From: Iphione sp. A-MEVVRFRX5
Taxonomy: Eukaryota
Reading direction: 5' to 3'
Assembly: GCA_976226885.1 (NCBI GenBank)
Contig: OZ320319.1
Span: forward strand, 49,910,001 to 49,974,000
Length of the DNA: 64,000 nt
The translations under genes and the position numbers were made by a program. Under the pieces are notes generated by a model. The model did not search any database and was not told where the DNA came from. It saw nothing but the letters and a program-made list of their open reading frames with translations. Each line of letters starts with the position of its first letter. The stretch's first letter is position 1. Of this stretch, positions 34,676 to 46,454 are shown piece by piece.

Positions 34676-35612
34676 CTAGTGATGTAAGAGCAAAATGGTT
34701 ACTGACGTAATCATGTACATACATAAATTTCTGAATAATTACATCTGCACAAATATGCAATATTCAAAATTTAATTCTTCCACATAGCATGTAGTGGTAC
34801 TGCTCAATTAATCACTTCTTTGGCATTATCTCCACCGAGGTAATTGAGAGACAACAAATAAGACTCACACATGTTCCCAGATACAAGTCACAACCATGAC
34901 GTAATTCACTCGTGTTATGTCGGAAGCATGCACGTGCATTTTCCCATGTTTTCTCATAAATATATATTCATTTGTTATTGACAATATGCCATTTTTAATC
35001 TATATCCATTATTTCAACTTACCCCCTCGATATGAATGCATTCCTTACTTCTTCCATCATGAATTCAGTAGAAATACAGTTGTGATGCGGCTATAGGAGT
35101 GATCCGCACTGCGCTGCACGATGCAAGCTGTGACGTCACGGCAAGATTCATGGTATTTTCATTTTTTTTTATATTAACCTTACATATACGATCACTGAAT
35201 GTATCCATGAAGCCCATACATTATTATTTCAGACATAAGTGCATTAAAATCAATAATAAACTTCACTACCCCCATACGGTCTAGACAGTCATGCTTCGCA
35301 TTGTTGCTTCTTGTTGACGTAAGCCCGTGACGTCAAAGACAGCGGCAGACATCTCCGCATTTGGTAGTTGATTTCTCTTCACAAACATGACGTACAGACA
35401 TAATTTGTATATCAAAATGTACAGAATCACCTCAGGAATAATTCATCTGCAGCCATCATACCTCCAGGTACAATATTTCCTATCATAAAATCCAAGTAAC
35501 TCTTCGTGACGTAACTTTTTGTTATTTTTTTTAGTGTGACGTCACACTTTATTTCACTTCCATGAACCACGAATCATGATAATATTAACTAAAAAGTATG
35601 TATTAATGATCT

Positions 35613-36819
35613 TTTTAGTTTAAGGAAGACTTTTCCGGTCTCTAGTGTGGGATTACTTGCAAATGAAGAAACTAGCCACACTGGGATGGGTTTTCACCCT
35701 TTTATTGAGGATTATGCACGAGGGGCATGAATTCTCAACCTGGCAGTAAAGTTATGTGGCAATATATCCTTTCTGGTAGAGGAGTTGTCTACTGTCAGAG
35801 GTTCCACTTAATAAAAATGAATTATGCTTATGTGTTGGTGTTTTGACTAATAAAATGATGCAGCTTACTGAGTTGGTGTTTTTCTCCTATGTCTGAACCT
35901 GGGTCAGCCTAGTAGATGTAGAAATGGCTTGGATGGCTTCAAGGTCCCTCTGGTGGTGATGTTCAGCTGTCTGTTCCCAGATCAGATCTGTCTGAGTGGG
36001 TCAGATGTGGCTGCTTTTAAAGGGCCTGGACTCTGTGCTAATGAGGGAGGGAATCAATCAGACCTTTTGGCAAAGGTACACCCTCTGTCCAAGGGTAGAC
36101 CTTCTGCAAAAGGTACCTTTCTGCAAAGGCATGATGTAATATAGAGTATTGACCCAATGTGGTATGGGGGGAGGGGAGGCTGGTAAATCAGACCTTTTGC
36201 TAAAGGTAGGAGAGAACCTTTTGTCAAAGGTGTAGGGGTGGGGACCTTTTGTCAAAGGTGTATATAGAGTATTGATCTAATATGGTATGGGGGAGGGGAG
36301 ACTGGTAAATCAGACCTTTTGCTAAAGGTAGGAGAGAACCTTTCGTCAAAGGTATAAGGGGGACCTTTTGTCAAAGGTGTAGAGGTGGGGACCTTTTGTC
36401 AAAGGTGTAGGGGAACCTTTTGACAAAGGTATGAGGGGAACCTTTCAGAAAAGGTGTGAGAGGGGGGGGGACCTTTTGCTAAAGGTGTAGGGGGATCTTT
36501 TGCCAAAGGTATAGGGGAACCTTTTTACAAAGGTGTGGAGGGAACCTTTTGCTAAAGGTGTAGGGGGACCTTTCGCCAAAGGTATAGGGGAACCTTTTGG
36601 CAAAGGTATGGAGGGAACCTTTTGGTAAAGGTATGGAGGGAACCTTTTGCTAAAGGTGTAGGGGGACCTTTTGCTAAAGGTGTGGGGGGGAACCTTTCGC
36701 TAAAGGTATAGGGGGACCTTTTGGCAAAGGTATGGAGGGAACCTTTTTCTAAAGGTGTGAGTTATGATTGAGACTGGATTTCTCTGATGGGGAATTTTTG
36801 AAGAGTTGATAACTTAACA
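35613..36819 (-). repeat. Gypsy B 3' LTR (1207 bp)
   Basis: Direct repeat of 57841-58948. Begins TGTTAAG and ends CTAAAA on the minus strand; preceded by the PPT AGGAGGG (36820-36826). Confidence 0.95.
36060..36757. repeat. LTR U3 array of about 25 palindromic units ACCTTT-N4-AAAGGT (about 24-25-bp period)
   Basis: Counted by eye; the 5' LTR copy (about 58288-58885) has about 4 fewer units. Confidence 0.9.
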
Positions 36820-37470
36820 CCCTCCTAAGAACCGAAAAAGATGTGTTGCCACTACACCAATTTCCCTTTTCGGGTGAACTGCCAAGTCAGAGGAGTCATG
36901 CTTTAGAATACAGGAAACTTATCAGATGAGGAGGTCACTCGCTTTTATGGAGCCTCCTTTACCTTACATACCAGTGATTACATTGTTGGGCATACTGTTA
37001 AGTCATGTCTTAAAATCCAGGAAAGTTATCATATGAGGAGGTTGCTCGCTTTTATGGAGCTTCCTTTACCTTACATACCAGTGATACATCATCTATATAG
37101 TGAGAGAGTAAAATACAAGGAGTTTTAATCTCGCTCGCTTTTATGGAGCGATTACTAATGATACCAATAATAATTGTATTTAGTAATTGATCAACCACCA
37201 AGATACATCTAGATAAGACAACAGTTTTCTTATATGCATTTCTGAGCCTTTTACCTGTTTTGGACACTGTTTTGTCTAGTATTGAGCCGTATATGTTTAC
37301 ATGTTTACAAGGTTACCTACAAAGCATTATATAGAGGGTCTAACTACCATAATAATCATGTTCCCATCCGTTTCTTAGAGTCAATCGGAATTATGCATCT
37401 TAATGTCTTTAGAAAAAGTCACCAGAGGCCAGGCTTTTGGTGGATCCAGCATGAGTGGGACCAAAGAAAT

Positions 37471-40094
37471 TTATAATCTTATTCTGTATCTTTGGGGTCG
37501 GGCTGGTGTCACCGAGGCTGGCTCTTCAATTACTTTAGCAACATCAAGTTTTCGGAGAAGGTCGCCGTATGAGGGTGGAGCAGATATTTCTGACTCTGCC
37601 TTTGGGGGAGGGTTGCCAGGTAATGGTGGACAGGTGGGGACTGAGGGAAGTTCCGGATAGATTCCATTCTGAAGTGGTTGGGCCCAACCCTGCTGTCCCA
37701 AGATCACTGTCTGGGAGGGGAGGTCTGGAATTACGCTCATGAGATTGTTAATATGTCTTCCCTTCCAAAGAGGCACATGCACCACTGCGGGAAGCGTAAC
37801 CTTACGGGTTGAAATGTGATCTGTTCGGTAGAGGGGGTTGGAGTACGTAAGGTGAATAGAATAAGAAAGCCAATGCTTCTGTGCCGAGATAGAGGTGACC
37901 TTGGAAACCAGAAAGGTGGTAGAGGGGAGTGCATTATTCCGGAATTCATGAAGAAGGAGGGTGGTGTGGTCCTGAGGCTTTCCTATTTTAAGAAGAATTC
38001 TGAATCCTGGGGGGGATGGGACAGGGCCTGTTCTTGGAGATCTGTGCGTAACAAGTTTGAACACTGTTTGGAGGAATTTGCTCAGAGCCCAAATGCAAAA
38101 TAAAACACTGGCCATCACTTGCATAGTATCCACATGGTCAAAGGTTACTACAATATCTGGTTCAGGCGATGGAGTTGGCTTAGGGGTTGGTCCTAGAATT
38201 ACTGGGGCTGCATGGGTGAGTTTGGAAAGGGATATGAAGAAGGTGATTTTGTTGACTTTCTGTAAAAGAATAAACAGGAAGCCAGCAAGGATCATAGTCA
38301 CTATGGAGTGTACTGAATTCCATACCCAGATGACGGGGCTAGCTATCCCTTGGGCTCGGGAATATAGCCAAGTAGGCCAATGCGCCATTGATCTATCTCT
38401 TTCAATTGCTGCCTGTCTTGCTCTGGCTATATCGTTGGCTACTTTTGTAAGGGCTATACCTGTATTTTTGGGGAGTGATCAGGATAGATTTAGGGAGAGT
38501 TCATCATCGAGTTGTATATTAAAGAAGAATGACTGATTATAGGTAGAGGAAGCTGTGAGGTTGGGAAAGGAAAGGTTAAAGGCTAAGGCTACTGCTAAGT
38601 TAATACTGTGTATAGGGATTTCTACTTGTGTTCTGTTGCAAGCGCTATATGACCGCTTCATGTATGGGCCTACATGGAGGGTGCAATTGCATTCAGGGGT
38701 ATAGGTGCATAAAGGGCAATCTAGGACCTGCTCTTTCCTAGACATTTTGTATGTACCTTGGCTGGCCCTGCTGATATGAGGAAAGTGTCTCCTAAATCTT
38801 TTACATAAGGGGTCATGGGGGAATCGGGGTGCACTGTGAATTGACAGACTTCTTGGGATGGGCATTCTGGTGAGAAGAAGAGGGTTGCTGAACAAAAGGA
38901 TACTGGATCATCATTAACTGGTGGAAGTGACTCGCATGTCAGGACATCATGTCCTCGGCAGCGAGAGATGTCCTGGTCTGATAATTCAATGAAGGAGCGC
39001 TGGTTCTGTGAGATAGAAATATATGCTGGCATGTTTTGTATGTGGGTGTATCCTTGTGTTTTGGTTGCAGAGAAGGGTGTGTTAAAAGAGTGTATGCGGT
39101 AGAGGTCGTGTATGTCTTTTGGAGTTCCCACAGGGACGGCAAGGTGTAAAAACAGTACATTTTCAGTGTACATGAATTGTGCGAGGGCATGCTCGTAATA
39201 AAATGTAGGGTCTCCAACTAGCACTTTTTCTCTTCCCTGTAACTTCTTCTGAACGTTGTGAAGCCCTACTCTTACCTGGTTTGGTGAGACTAAAGCTCCT
39301 GGAAGTTTGCCTACTATTAGATCTCTGATACCTGATGTGAATTTGAGATACTGTTCCCTAAGATCATGCAGATGTATAATTTTTAAGGTGAGCATAGTGA
39401 TGTATGATTGAAGGTGGTATTCAAGGTCGATGTCCTGGGATTGGTTTATTAAGATTTTTCTCAGCTGTTTATTAACCTGCGCTGCACGATGTACTGACTG
39501 TAGTATTGCATCATTCTGGTATTGAATCTGCTGGGTTAAAGTTTGGATGGCTATATTAGTTGTATTTGCCAACATTGAGAGTTGAGTTCTAATGGCATGT
39601 AATTGTTCTGGACCTACTTGTGCTGCCAGAATATCTACTTTGTGTGAGACTTCATTAACATCACCCTCTGTGGCTGTGCCAATGAGGAATTTAGAGGCGT
39701 CTCCCAAAAATCCGAACCATGCTCTTGGCTGTCTACCTACTGTTTGTGATACTGGTGCCATCAGAAGTGAATTAAGTTGGTTTTCCTCATGTCTAACTGT
39801 GTGAAAAAGATCTTGATAGTACATGTTCATATCCCTTATGAGGATTTCTAAGGTACGGCAGGATGGTCGGCGAGTGCATGGGAGCTGGTCCTGTCGTCCA
39901 AATGTCGACATTTTTCTTTGAAGAAATGGTGCTGGTCTAGGGATGACGAAGAGTAGGTCAATGCTTCTTGCATTGGCAAGGAGTGGGTTGGGAACTTTCT
40001 CATATATGACTCCAAGGTTTTGCCGAAGGACATAATTTGTAGGGTGTGTACCAGGGATGACGAAAATGAGGAGCAGCAGGACGAGCCCTTCCAT
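37471..40094 (-). CDS. env: Env, baculovirus F / errantivirus-like class I fusion protein; frameshift at about 38735 and in-frame TGA at 38479-38481
   Basis: Signal peptide, furin-type RQPR (39723-39734) followed by the fusion peptide AWFGFLGDASKFLIGTATEGDV, heptad region, Cys-rich region and TM segments. Confidence 0.88.
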
Positions 40095-40256
40095 GCTGAC
40101 CTGGAATGATATGGTTTAGTTCTTAGGTGAGAATCCTGATTTGATCCGTTTATGTTTTATAATACGTTTTAGAGATTATATTAAAACCAGCCCTCCTGGG
40201 TGATGGGAGAGAAATTATTCTACCACTGAATAACAAGAAGAGTACAAGTGTTGTTT

Positions 40257-42434
40257 TCAAGGCTTTATTATGTCACACTCCAGGCCGAAGAGTGATCTAG
40301 CAAGGGCTTCCTCCATAGCCTGCTGCGCTGCCCGCAAGTTACGTAAGTGCCCGACGTGGTGGCGTTGGGCACGTAGTGCGAGCACGCACAAATAGTTCCA
40401 CTGTTTGTGGTCACCAGCTGGGATGGGTGGGTGATACCCATTCTCCAAAAATTGGACTAACCAGCCCCGGACGCTTTCTGTTGTATTGGGCTGAGTCAGC
40501 CTTAGAGAAAGCGATGTACTCACCCGGGGGGTAAGGTCCAATATGGAGTCCATGAGGAGTGTGGGTGCCGTGGACCAGTTTTGCAGCATGTGGTGCTGCT
40601 GTGTGCCGTCAGGTGCGTGACCCGACCCGAACTGGATGTGGGGTTGGCTTCTGAGTGGCACGCAGGGCTGGTCGTTGGTATGTTGTGTGAGACACCGCAC
40701 ACATATCTTGCGGCGCTCCAGTTCCTTCTGTAGGTGGTTGAGGAAGGCCGCCTCTACCTCTTTAGCTTTATAGGGCCGGTCGGGGTAGTGTGAGCGGAAA
40801 ATGCGCGCATGCTCCTTACCTCGGAGAGTGTCGAGTCCCGGGAGATAATTTGTAATCTCGTGACCCGGTTGCCACATGAGGAGGGGGTGGGAGTTTTGAT
40901 GGGGGGGTTGTGCGGGTGGAGGGAGAAGGGGGAGGTTATTCCTGGGGATTCGACCAAGTCGCGGGATATTTAGGGTCCTGTTAAGGTGTTTCCGACTAGT
41001 ATGGGGGGTGTGGTGGTTTTCTAGCTGTGGGAGTTCATCTTCAGAGGAGGGGGGGTTATCAGTTTTGTTCAGGGCCGCTGGTTGGTCTTCATCAGATTCT
41101 GATGCTAGGGGAGTGCGTCGGTGGCGCCTAGCGGGGGCTGTGGTCTCGTCGTCCGAGTCACTGGCGGGTGCTGGACGGCGGCGGCTGGGGAGGGTCGGTC
41201 GTGTGTCTGTGGCAGGGCTGTGAGGGTGGAGAGGAGTGTCAGCCCTAGGGCTGTTCGCCTCCTTCTCCTGGGTGTCAGGGATGATCGGGGTGTCCAGTTG
41301 GAGCCGGTAGGGGTCCTGATCAGTGGAGGTGGAGGGCTGGGGGGAGAGGGGGCAAGTGGTGAGGGCATTGAGAAGGGCTTCTGAGGGTAGGAAGGAGGAT
41401 GGATCAGCCGTGGAGGTGGAGGGTTGAGGGGAGAGAGGGTGAGTGGTGAGGGCGTTGAGAAGGGCTTCCGACGGTAAGAAGTAGGACGGGTCGGCTGTGG
41501 AGGTGGAGGGTTGAGGGGAGAGGGGGCGAGTGGTGGGGGTATTGAGAGGAGCTTCCGAAGGTAGGAAGGAGGACAGGTCGGCTGTGGAGGTGGAGGGTTG
41601 AGGGGAGAGGGGGCAAGTGGTGAGGGCATTGAGAAGGGCTTCCGACGGTAAGAAGGAGGACGGGTCGGCTGTGGAGGTGGAGGGTTGAGGGGAGAGGGGG
41701 CGAGAGGTGGGGGTATTGAGAGGAGCTTCCGAAGGTAGGAATGAGGACAGGTCAGCTGTGGAGGTGGAGGGTTGAGGGGAGAGGGGGCGAGAGGTGGGGG
41801 TATTGAGAGGAGCTTCTGAAGGTAGGAAGGAGGAAAATGGATTCACATTGGATGTGGATGGGTGGGAGGAATGAGTGAGGGGGGAGGAGCCAGATGCATC
41901 TGCGGGAGACGAGAAGGCTAGACCCACTTTGGGTGCATCATTTTGGGGGATGAGGGTATTAGTGGGGGCTGTGGGGAGAGGGTTGGTGGTTAATGGGCTT
42001 GCTGGTAGGGAGGGGGGGTTTGTGGGGACTGCTGGAGACGTGGAATTCTGGGGGAGGGGGGAGGCTCGGCCAATAGTGGTGGTTGTGCCTGGTTGGGGGG
42101 GAGCAGGGTTGGTAGTGTTATTGGGACCTTTGTGTGTCAGGGGAGGGAAAGAGGATGGAGTAGCTGTTGGTTTGCTCAGCTTAGGAGAGGGGGGGTGTGT
42201 TTGGCCAGCAGTGATGGAGGGTTCTGAGGGGGGGGTGGAAGATGGGTCCGGTTGGGTGGGGGGTATAGGAGTAGGGGTCATTGTGGGATCCGAGTTGTGA
42301 TTTGTCACCCTCTCCATTAGCCTGACCATGTCGCGCATGAGGCCCACAAATGCTGTGCCGGAGCTGGTGAAAGCGTTTCTGACCGCCTTCTCAGCCTCGG
42401 TGAGGAGGGCTTCGGATAGTGTGCGGCCGGCCAT
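40257..42434 (-). CDS. 725-aa accessory protein: Pro/Ser/Thr-rich, 6 x 29-aa repeats, C-terminal CxxC-x3-H-x5-C module
   Basis: Intact ORF with an AG acceptor 2 nt before the ATG; CVRCLTQHTNDQPC. Confidence 0.75.
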   Translation of the reverse strand: MAGRTLSEALLTEAEKAVRNAFTSSGTAFVGLMRDMVRLMERVTNHNSDPTMTPTPIPPTQPDPSSTPPSEPSITAGQTHPPSPKLSKPTATPSSFPPLTHKGPNNTTNPAPPQPGTTTTIGRASPLPQNSTSPAVPTNPPSLPASPLTTNPLPTAPTNTLIPQNDAPKVGLAFSSPADASGSSPLTHSSHPSTSNVNPFSSFLPSEAPLNTPTSRPLSPQPSTSTADLSSFLPSEAPLNTPTSRPLSPQPSTSTADPSSFLPSEALLNALTTCPLSPQPSTSTADLSSFLPSEAPLNTPTTRPLSPQPSTSTADPSYFLPSEALLNALTTHPLSPQPSTSTADPSSFLPSEALLNALTTCPLSPQPSTSTDQDPYRLQLDTPIIPDTQEKEANSPRADTPLHPHSPATDTRPTLPSRRRPAPASDSDDETTAPARRHRRTPLASESDEDQPAALNKTDNPPSSEDELPQLENHHTPHTSRKHLNRTLNIPRLGRIPRNNLPLLPPPAQPPHQNSHPLLMWQPGHEITNYLPGLDTLRGKEHARIFRSHYPDRPYKAKEVEAAFLNHLQKELERRKICVRCLTQHTNDQPCVPLRSQPHIQFGSGHAPDGTQQHHMLQNWSTAPTLLMDSILDLTPRVSTSLSLRLTQPNTTESVRGWLVQFLENGYHPPIPAGDHKQWNYLCVLALRAQRHHVGHLRNLRAAQQAMEEALARSLFGLECDIIKP
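41323..41840 (-). repeat. Coding tandem repeat, 6 x 87 bp (SFLPSEAPLNTPTSRPLSPQPSTSTADLS)
   Basis: GTGGAGGTGGAGGG recurs at 41323, 41410, 41497, 41584, 41671 and 41758. Confidence 0.95.
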
Positions 42435-44009
42435 GACTGAATGCTGTGCAGTGTGGCTGGAATGGTATGTAATGTGCTTATCATGAAAAAGGTATTGCAG
42501 TACAGTGTCTGTTGTCTTTGTGACCTGAGGAGGGCTTCGTGGTGTTTGATTGTAATGGTTATAATATCGTACAGATGCAGTTATCCTATGAACTTTTTTA
42601 TAAACGTTGTGAGTAATTTGAAGTCCATTTATATTGATGGGAAAGGATCTAATAAGGTGCCAAATTTATAGGGGGGGGAACATAACAGGACATTTTAAAT
42701 GGGAGGGATTGAGAAAGATACAGAATGTAATGGGGAAAAATATAATGGTACTGCTTCTCAAATGGGGAGGGTTTGCAGGAAGGGGCAGAATTGAGGGACA
42801 CTGAAGGGCTACTTTTAAGGTGGAAAGAGTGTAAAAAGGTACTGAATTCAATGGGGGAGGGTGTGAAATGGACAGCAATTCGATGGAGAGAGATGTGGAA
42901 TGTGCAGAATTCAATGGAAAAAGACATCAAAATAATACTTGGAATGGGGGGTGCAAATTAAATGGGGATAAGGTGAAGCTTAGGGGCACTTACTAGTTTG
43001 TTCTGAGGAAGAAATCTGTGATGTGAAGATGTACAGGCTGAATATCCTTTCTGATATATTTTGTCCTGCCTTTTTCCTCTCTTTGAGATAAAAAGTGCCT
43101 GGTGGGGGGAAGGCTAATGTGGTGTCCAAGGTGTAGGCCTAGGTAGAAGTGGGGCTGGGACAGTATAGATGGTGACTTTTATATGAAACATGTGAGCAGT
43201 GGTTGTATTGAGGTCTTTATTATCTCTTTGTAACATATTGTACGCATTGATTAGCATGCTTTTATGTGAAACGTTTTGGGTCTTAGAATCTCTGACTTTT
43301 AACAAAGCTGCTGTTCTTGTTTGGTACCCTTTTATGTGAAAACGTTGGGTCTTTGTAAATGTAACTGACTCTTATTCCTAACACAGATGCTCACGCCATC
43401 CTGTTGACTACTATTGTTCACTTAACCGTCATGTTTTCGGCTGTGTGCACTCCTGCCACCTCGTCTCGTTCGTAGTCTGAACAAAAGACACTGTGTTCGC
43501 GCTAGGCAACATGTTTCCTGGCCACTCGCCACATTGTTTCGTCTATAATTCTGACAAAAGACGACGTGTTTGCGCTAAGCGCCACGTTTTTCGGGCGTAC
43601 ATACGTACGCGTGGCTTCATGTTTTTGGTTATTTCATACCATACAGCATTAATTGTTAGGGTTTTTGTCAATTTTTGATTCGACGACAACAGCTTTACGG
43701 CCGTACGCACGAACATACGTACGCGCAGCATCATGTCGACTTCAATCCAAGAATTATGCTTACTTTGTCTCTTTATTCGTCCAAAAACCCTTAGTTTCGA
43801 TTCATCTAAGGGACTTATCCCTTAGTTTCATACCAAAAAGCATTAATTCAGGGTTTTTGTCTATAATTTCGACTCGACAACGCCACAATTCGACCTTATC
43901 CTGGTACCCTTTCCTCGATTTCGTACGAACTTAAGGTATGGGAACCAGAACGAATGTTACTTCCGGTTTGCGGCGTAGTTGTCGAGCATCGATGTTCTTC
44001 CTGAATATA

Positions 44010-44600
44010 ATCAGATTTTAAGAAAAAGCCCAGGCAGTTTCGGCCGAAAACTCAGGTGAATTCGTCAAAACCCAGGTATAATCATCCGAAAATCCGGGAA
44101 ACTCAGGTGAGTTCGTCCGAAAAGCATCAAAACTGAGGTAATTTCGTCTGAAAATCCGGGGAAACTGAGGTATTTTGTGTGAACATTTGCGAAACTGAGG
44201 TAATTTTGATTGAGTTTTGACCAAACTGAGACATTTTTGTGTGAAATTTGGAAAACTTGGGTAAATTTGTGTGAGAATTGCCAAAATCTAGGGGTTTTTG
44301 TGTGAGTTATGACAAAACTTGGGTAAATTTGTGTGAAATATTGCAAAATCTATGGGTTTTTGTGTGAGTTATGACAAAATCTGGGTAAATTGTATGAATT
44401 TTGACAGAAACTTATGGGTTTTTGTATGAGTTTTGATGAAATCTGGGTAAATTTGTATGAAATTTTGGCAAAATGTATGGGTTTTGTATGAGTTTTTGAA
44501 GAATCAGGGTAAATTGGTATAAAATTTGGCAAAAACTTATGGGTTTTTGTACGAGTTTACCGGCAAAGTGTGGGTAAATTTGTATGAGATTTGGCCAAAT
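44010..44600. repeat. Degenerate non-coding minisatellite, about 25-31-bp units
   Basis: AAAACTCAGGTGAATTCGTC-type units grade into alternating AAAACTTGGGTAAATTTGTGTGA and AAAATCTATGGGTTTTTGTGTGAG units. Confidence 0.8.
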
Positions 44601-44838
44601 TCGGGGACCTTGGTGGATACGAATACTTTTAGTTGAATAAAGACGTCTTTTGCTGATTAGGAATGTTTTTAATAACCCTGAGCATAGACATATGACAGAA
44701 AGAGGAGAGGATTCTTTTGCAATTATGCTATGAAAATGTCCTTTTGTAGTAGAATATTTATGACTCTCTATGAGAGGGATGAACGCCACTGTCTGTTTGT
44801 TCCTTATTCTTAGTGTTTGTGCATATATACATATATTT

Positions 44839-45375
44839 TCAGTCCTTGTCCTTTTGGTGGCGTGGTGAACGTGGAATCCCCGCTGCAATGATGTTCATTT
44901 CTGGGGTATGAGAGGAGTAGCAAGATGTGTAGGTGAGTACTCCCTTCATTGCCACTGCCTTATGACGGTCAGCAGAGGGGGATATGATTGGGATGTGCTG
45001 GTAACTGTGTAGTGTCACCATGACAAGGGTGTCCCATGCGGGCAGGAAGTGTGTTGGGAGGTTTGGCTCCTTACGGGTGTGAAAATAGTTTGTAACCAGT
45101 TGTATCACCCCTAGTTGTACAAGGGTGCAGTTTAGGTTAAAGAACCGCCCCTCCTGCCAAGTGGGTAGGATGACTCCCATGTGAGTGTCAGTTAGTCGTG
45201 CCAGTCTGTCTAGCATCCAGAATCTTTCCAAGGGGGTTATGTCAGGGTGCCGGATCCCTGTTTTCTGGCCAAATAATACGCTAATGAGGGCGGGATCACA
45301 GTCTGCAAGGGTAGGCTTGTCTCCTTACAGAATGGATTGGGCCCTTCTTGTAGCTCCGGTGTAACGTCCCATCAT
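44839..45375 (-). CDS. Accessory paralog 4 (178 codons, in-frame TAA at 45325-45327)
   Basis: MMGRYTG...SIL*GDKPTLADCDP...GIRHPDITPLERF...PAWD; same length as paralog 3 and colinear with it. Confidence 0.75.
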
Positions 45376-45759
45376 GACCTGGAGTAAGAGTGATTTAGAG
45401 AATAACAACTCCTTGCTTAGGGAATTCTGGGTGTGGAGGGTGGATGGGTGGGGAGTGGCCTGAAGACCAGTGCGGTCATAAGGTGTGTGGATTCTAAACC
45501 AAAGCATCATAGGGGGGTGGGTGCATGGGCCTAGGCGGAGGGGGTTGGCAGAGGGTCGGGGCACCTAGGGGGTTTTTACGTCAGTTTTTGATGACCATTA
45601 GGGTTGGCCTGTGTAAGGTGTTGTGTGAATCCTGGGTAGGTTTTTGGCAAAACTCAGTAGAGACATTAACTGTTGGTAGATTTGTGGTTTGTGAATAATT
45701 TTATCGTCACTTCTGTAGAATGTCAGTCATATGTTGAGATAATAAATAATGTCCGGTAT

Positions 45760-46296
45760 CTAATCCCAGATTTCTAGGTCTGGTGGTGTGATGGGTCTAC
45801 CCGCCGTTAGGAGGTTACTGTGTAGCAGTGTGGGCGTGTAGCAGTGCACGTATGCACGTACTGCTTGTATGGCCGCCTCTCTGTGGGGCTTCCAGTTGTA
45901 GGGGCCGATTGGCCAGCGCTGAAAGTGGTTCAGCATGACCATTACAAGGGCATCCCAGGCAGGTAGAAAATGTTCTGGTAGGTTCGGCTCCCTTTGTGTC
46001 TGACAGTATGTTACCAATAGTTGAACCAGGCTTATCTGCACAAGGGGAGAGTCCAGATTGAAGAATTGGTTTCCCTGATAGCCGGGAAGGACGATTCCCG
46101 TGTAGGTATCTGTTGTGTAAGCCAGCCTGTTGAGCATAAGGAATCGTTCCAGGGGCGTGATATCAGGGTGGCGGAGGCCTGTTCTCTGTCCAAAAAGTGC
46201 ATTGACGAGGACCGGTTCGCAATCCACAAGGCTCGGTTTAATGCCCTGTAGTACAGCTTAGGCTCTCGTGGTGGTTCTAACGTAGCGACCAGTCAT
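45760..46296 (-). CDS. Accessory paralog 3 (178 codons, in-frame TAA at 46258-46260)
   Basis: MTGRYVRTTTRA*AVLQGIKPSLVDCEP...GLRHPDITPLERF...PAWD...REAA. Confidence 0.78.
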
Positions 46297-46454
46297 GTCC
46301 TGAAGTAGATATTTGAGAGTCATATTAAACTTCTGTGGGTGGTGTCTAAGGTCTAGAGGAATGATGGGTGGAGGGGGGGGGGGTTTGAGAATTGAGGATG
46401 GGATTTCAGGGAATCTTGTTACCTATGTTACTGGCATATGCTGAGGGTTCCTCT

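Noticed and set aside
36060-36757. CRISPR-like appearance of the regularly spaced palindromic repeats
   Set aside because: The intervening sequences are only about 8 nt and near-identical, there are no cas genes, and the array is part of a eukaryotic LTR.
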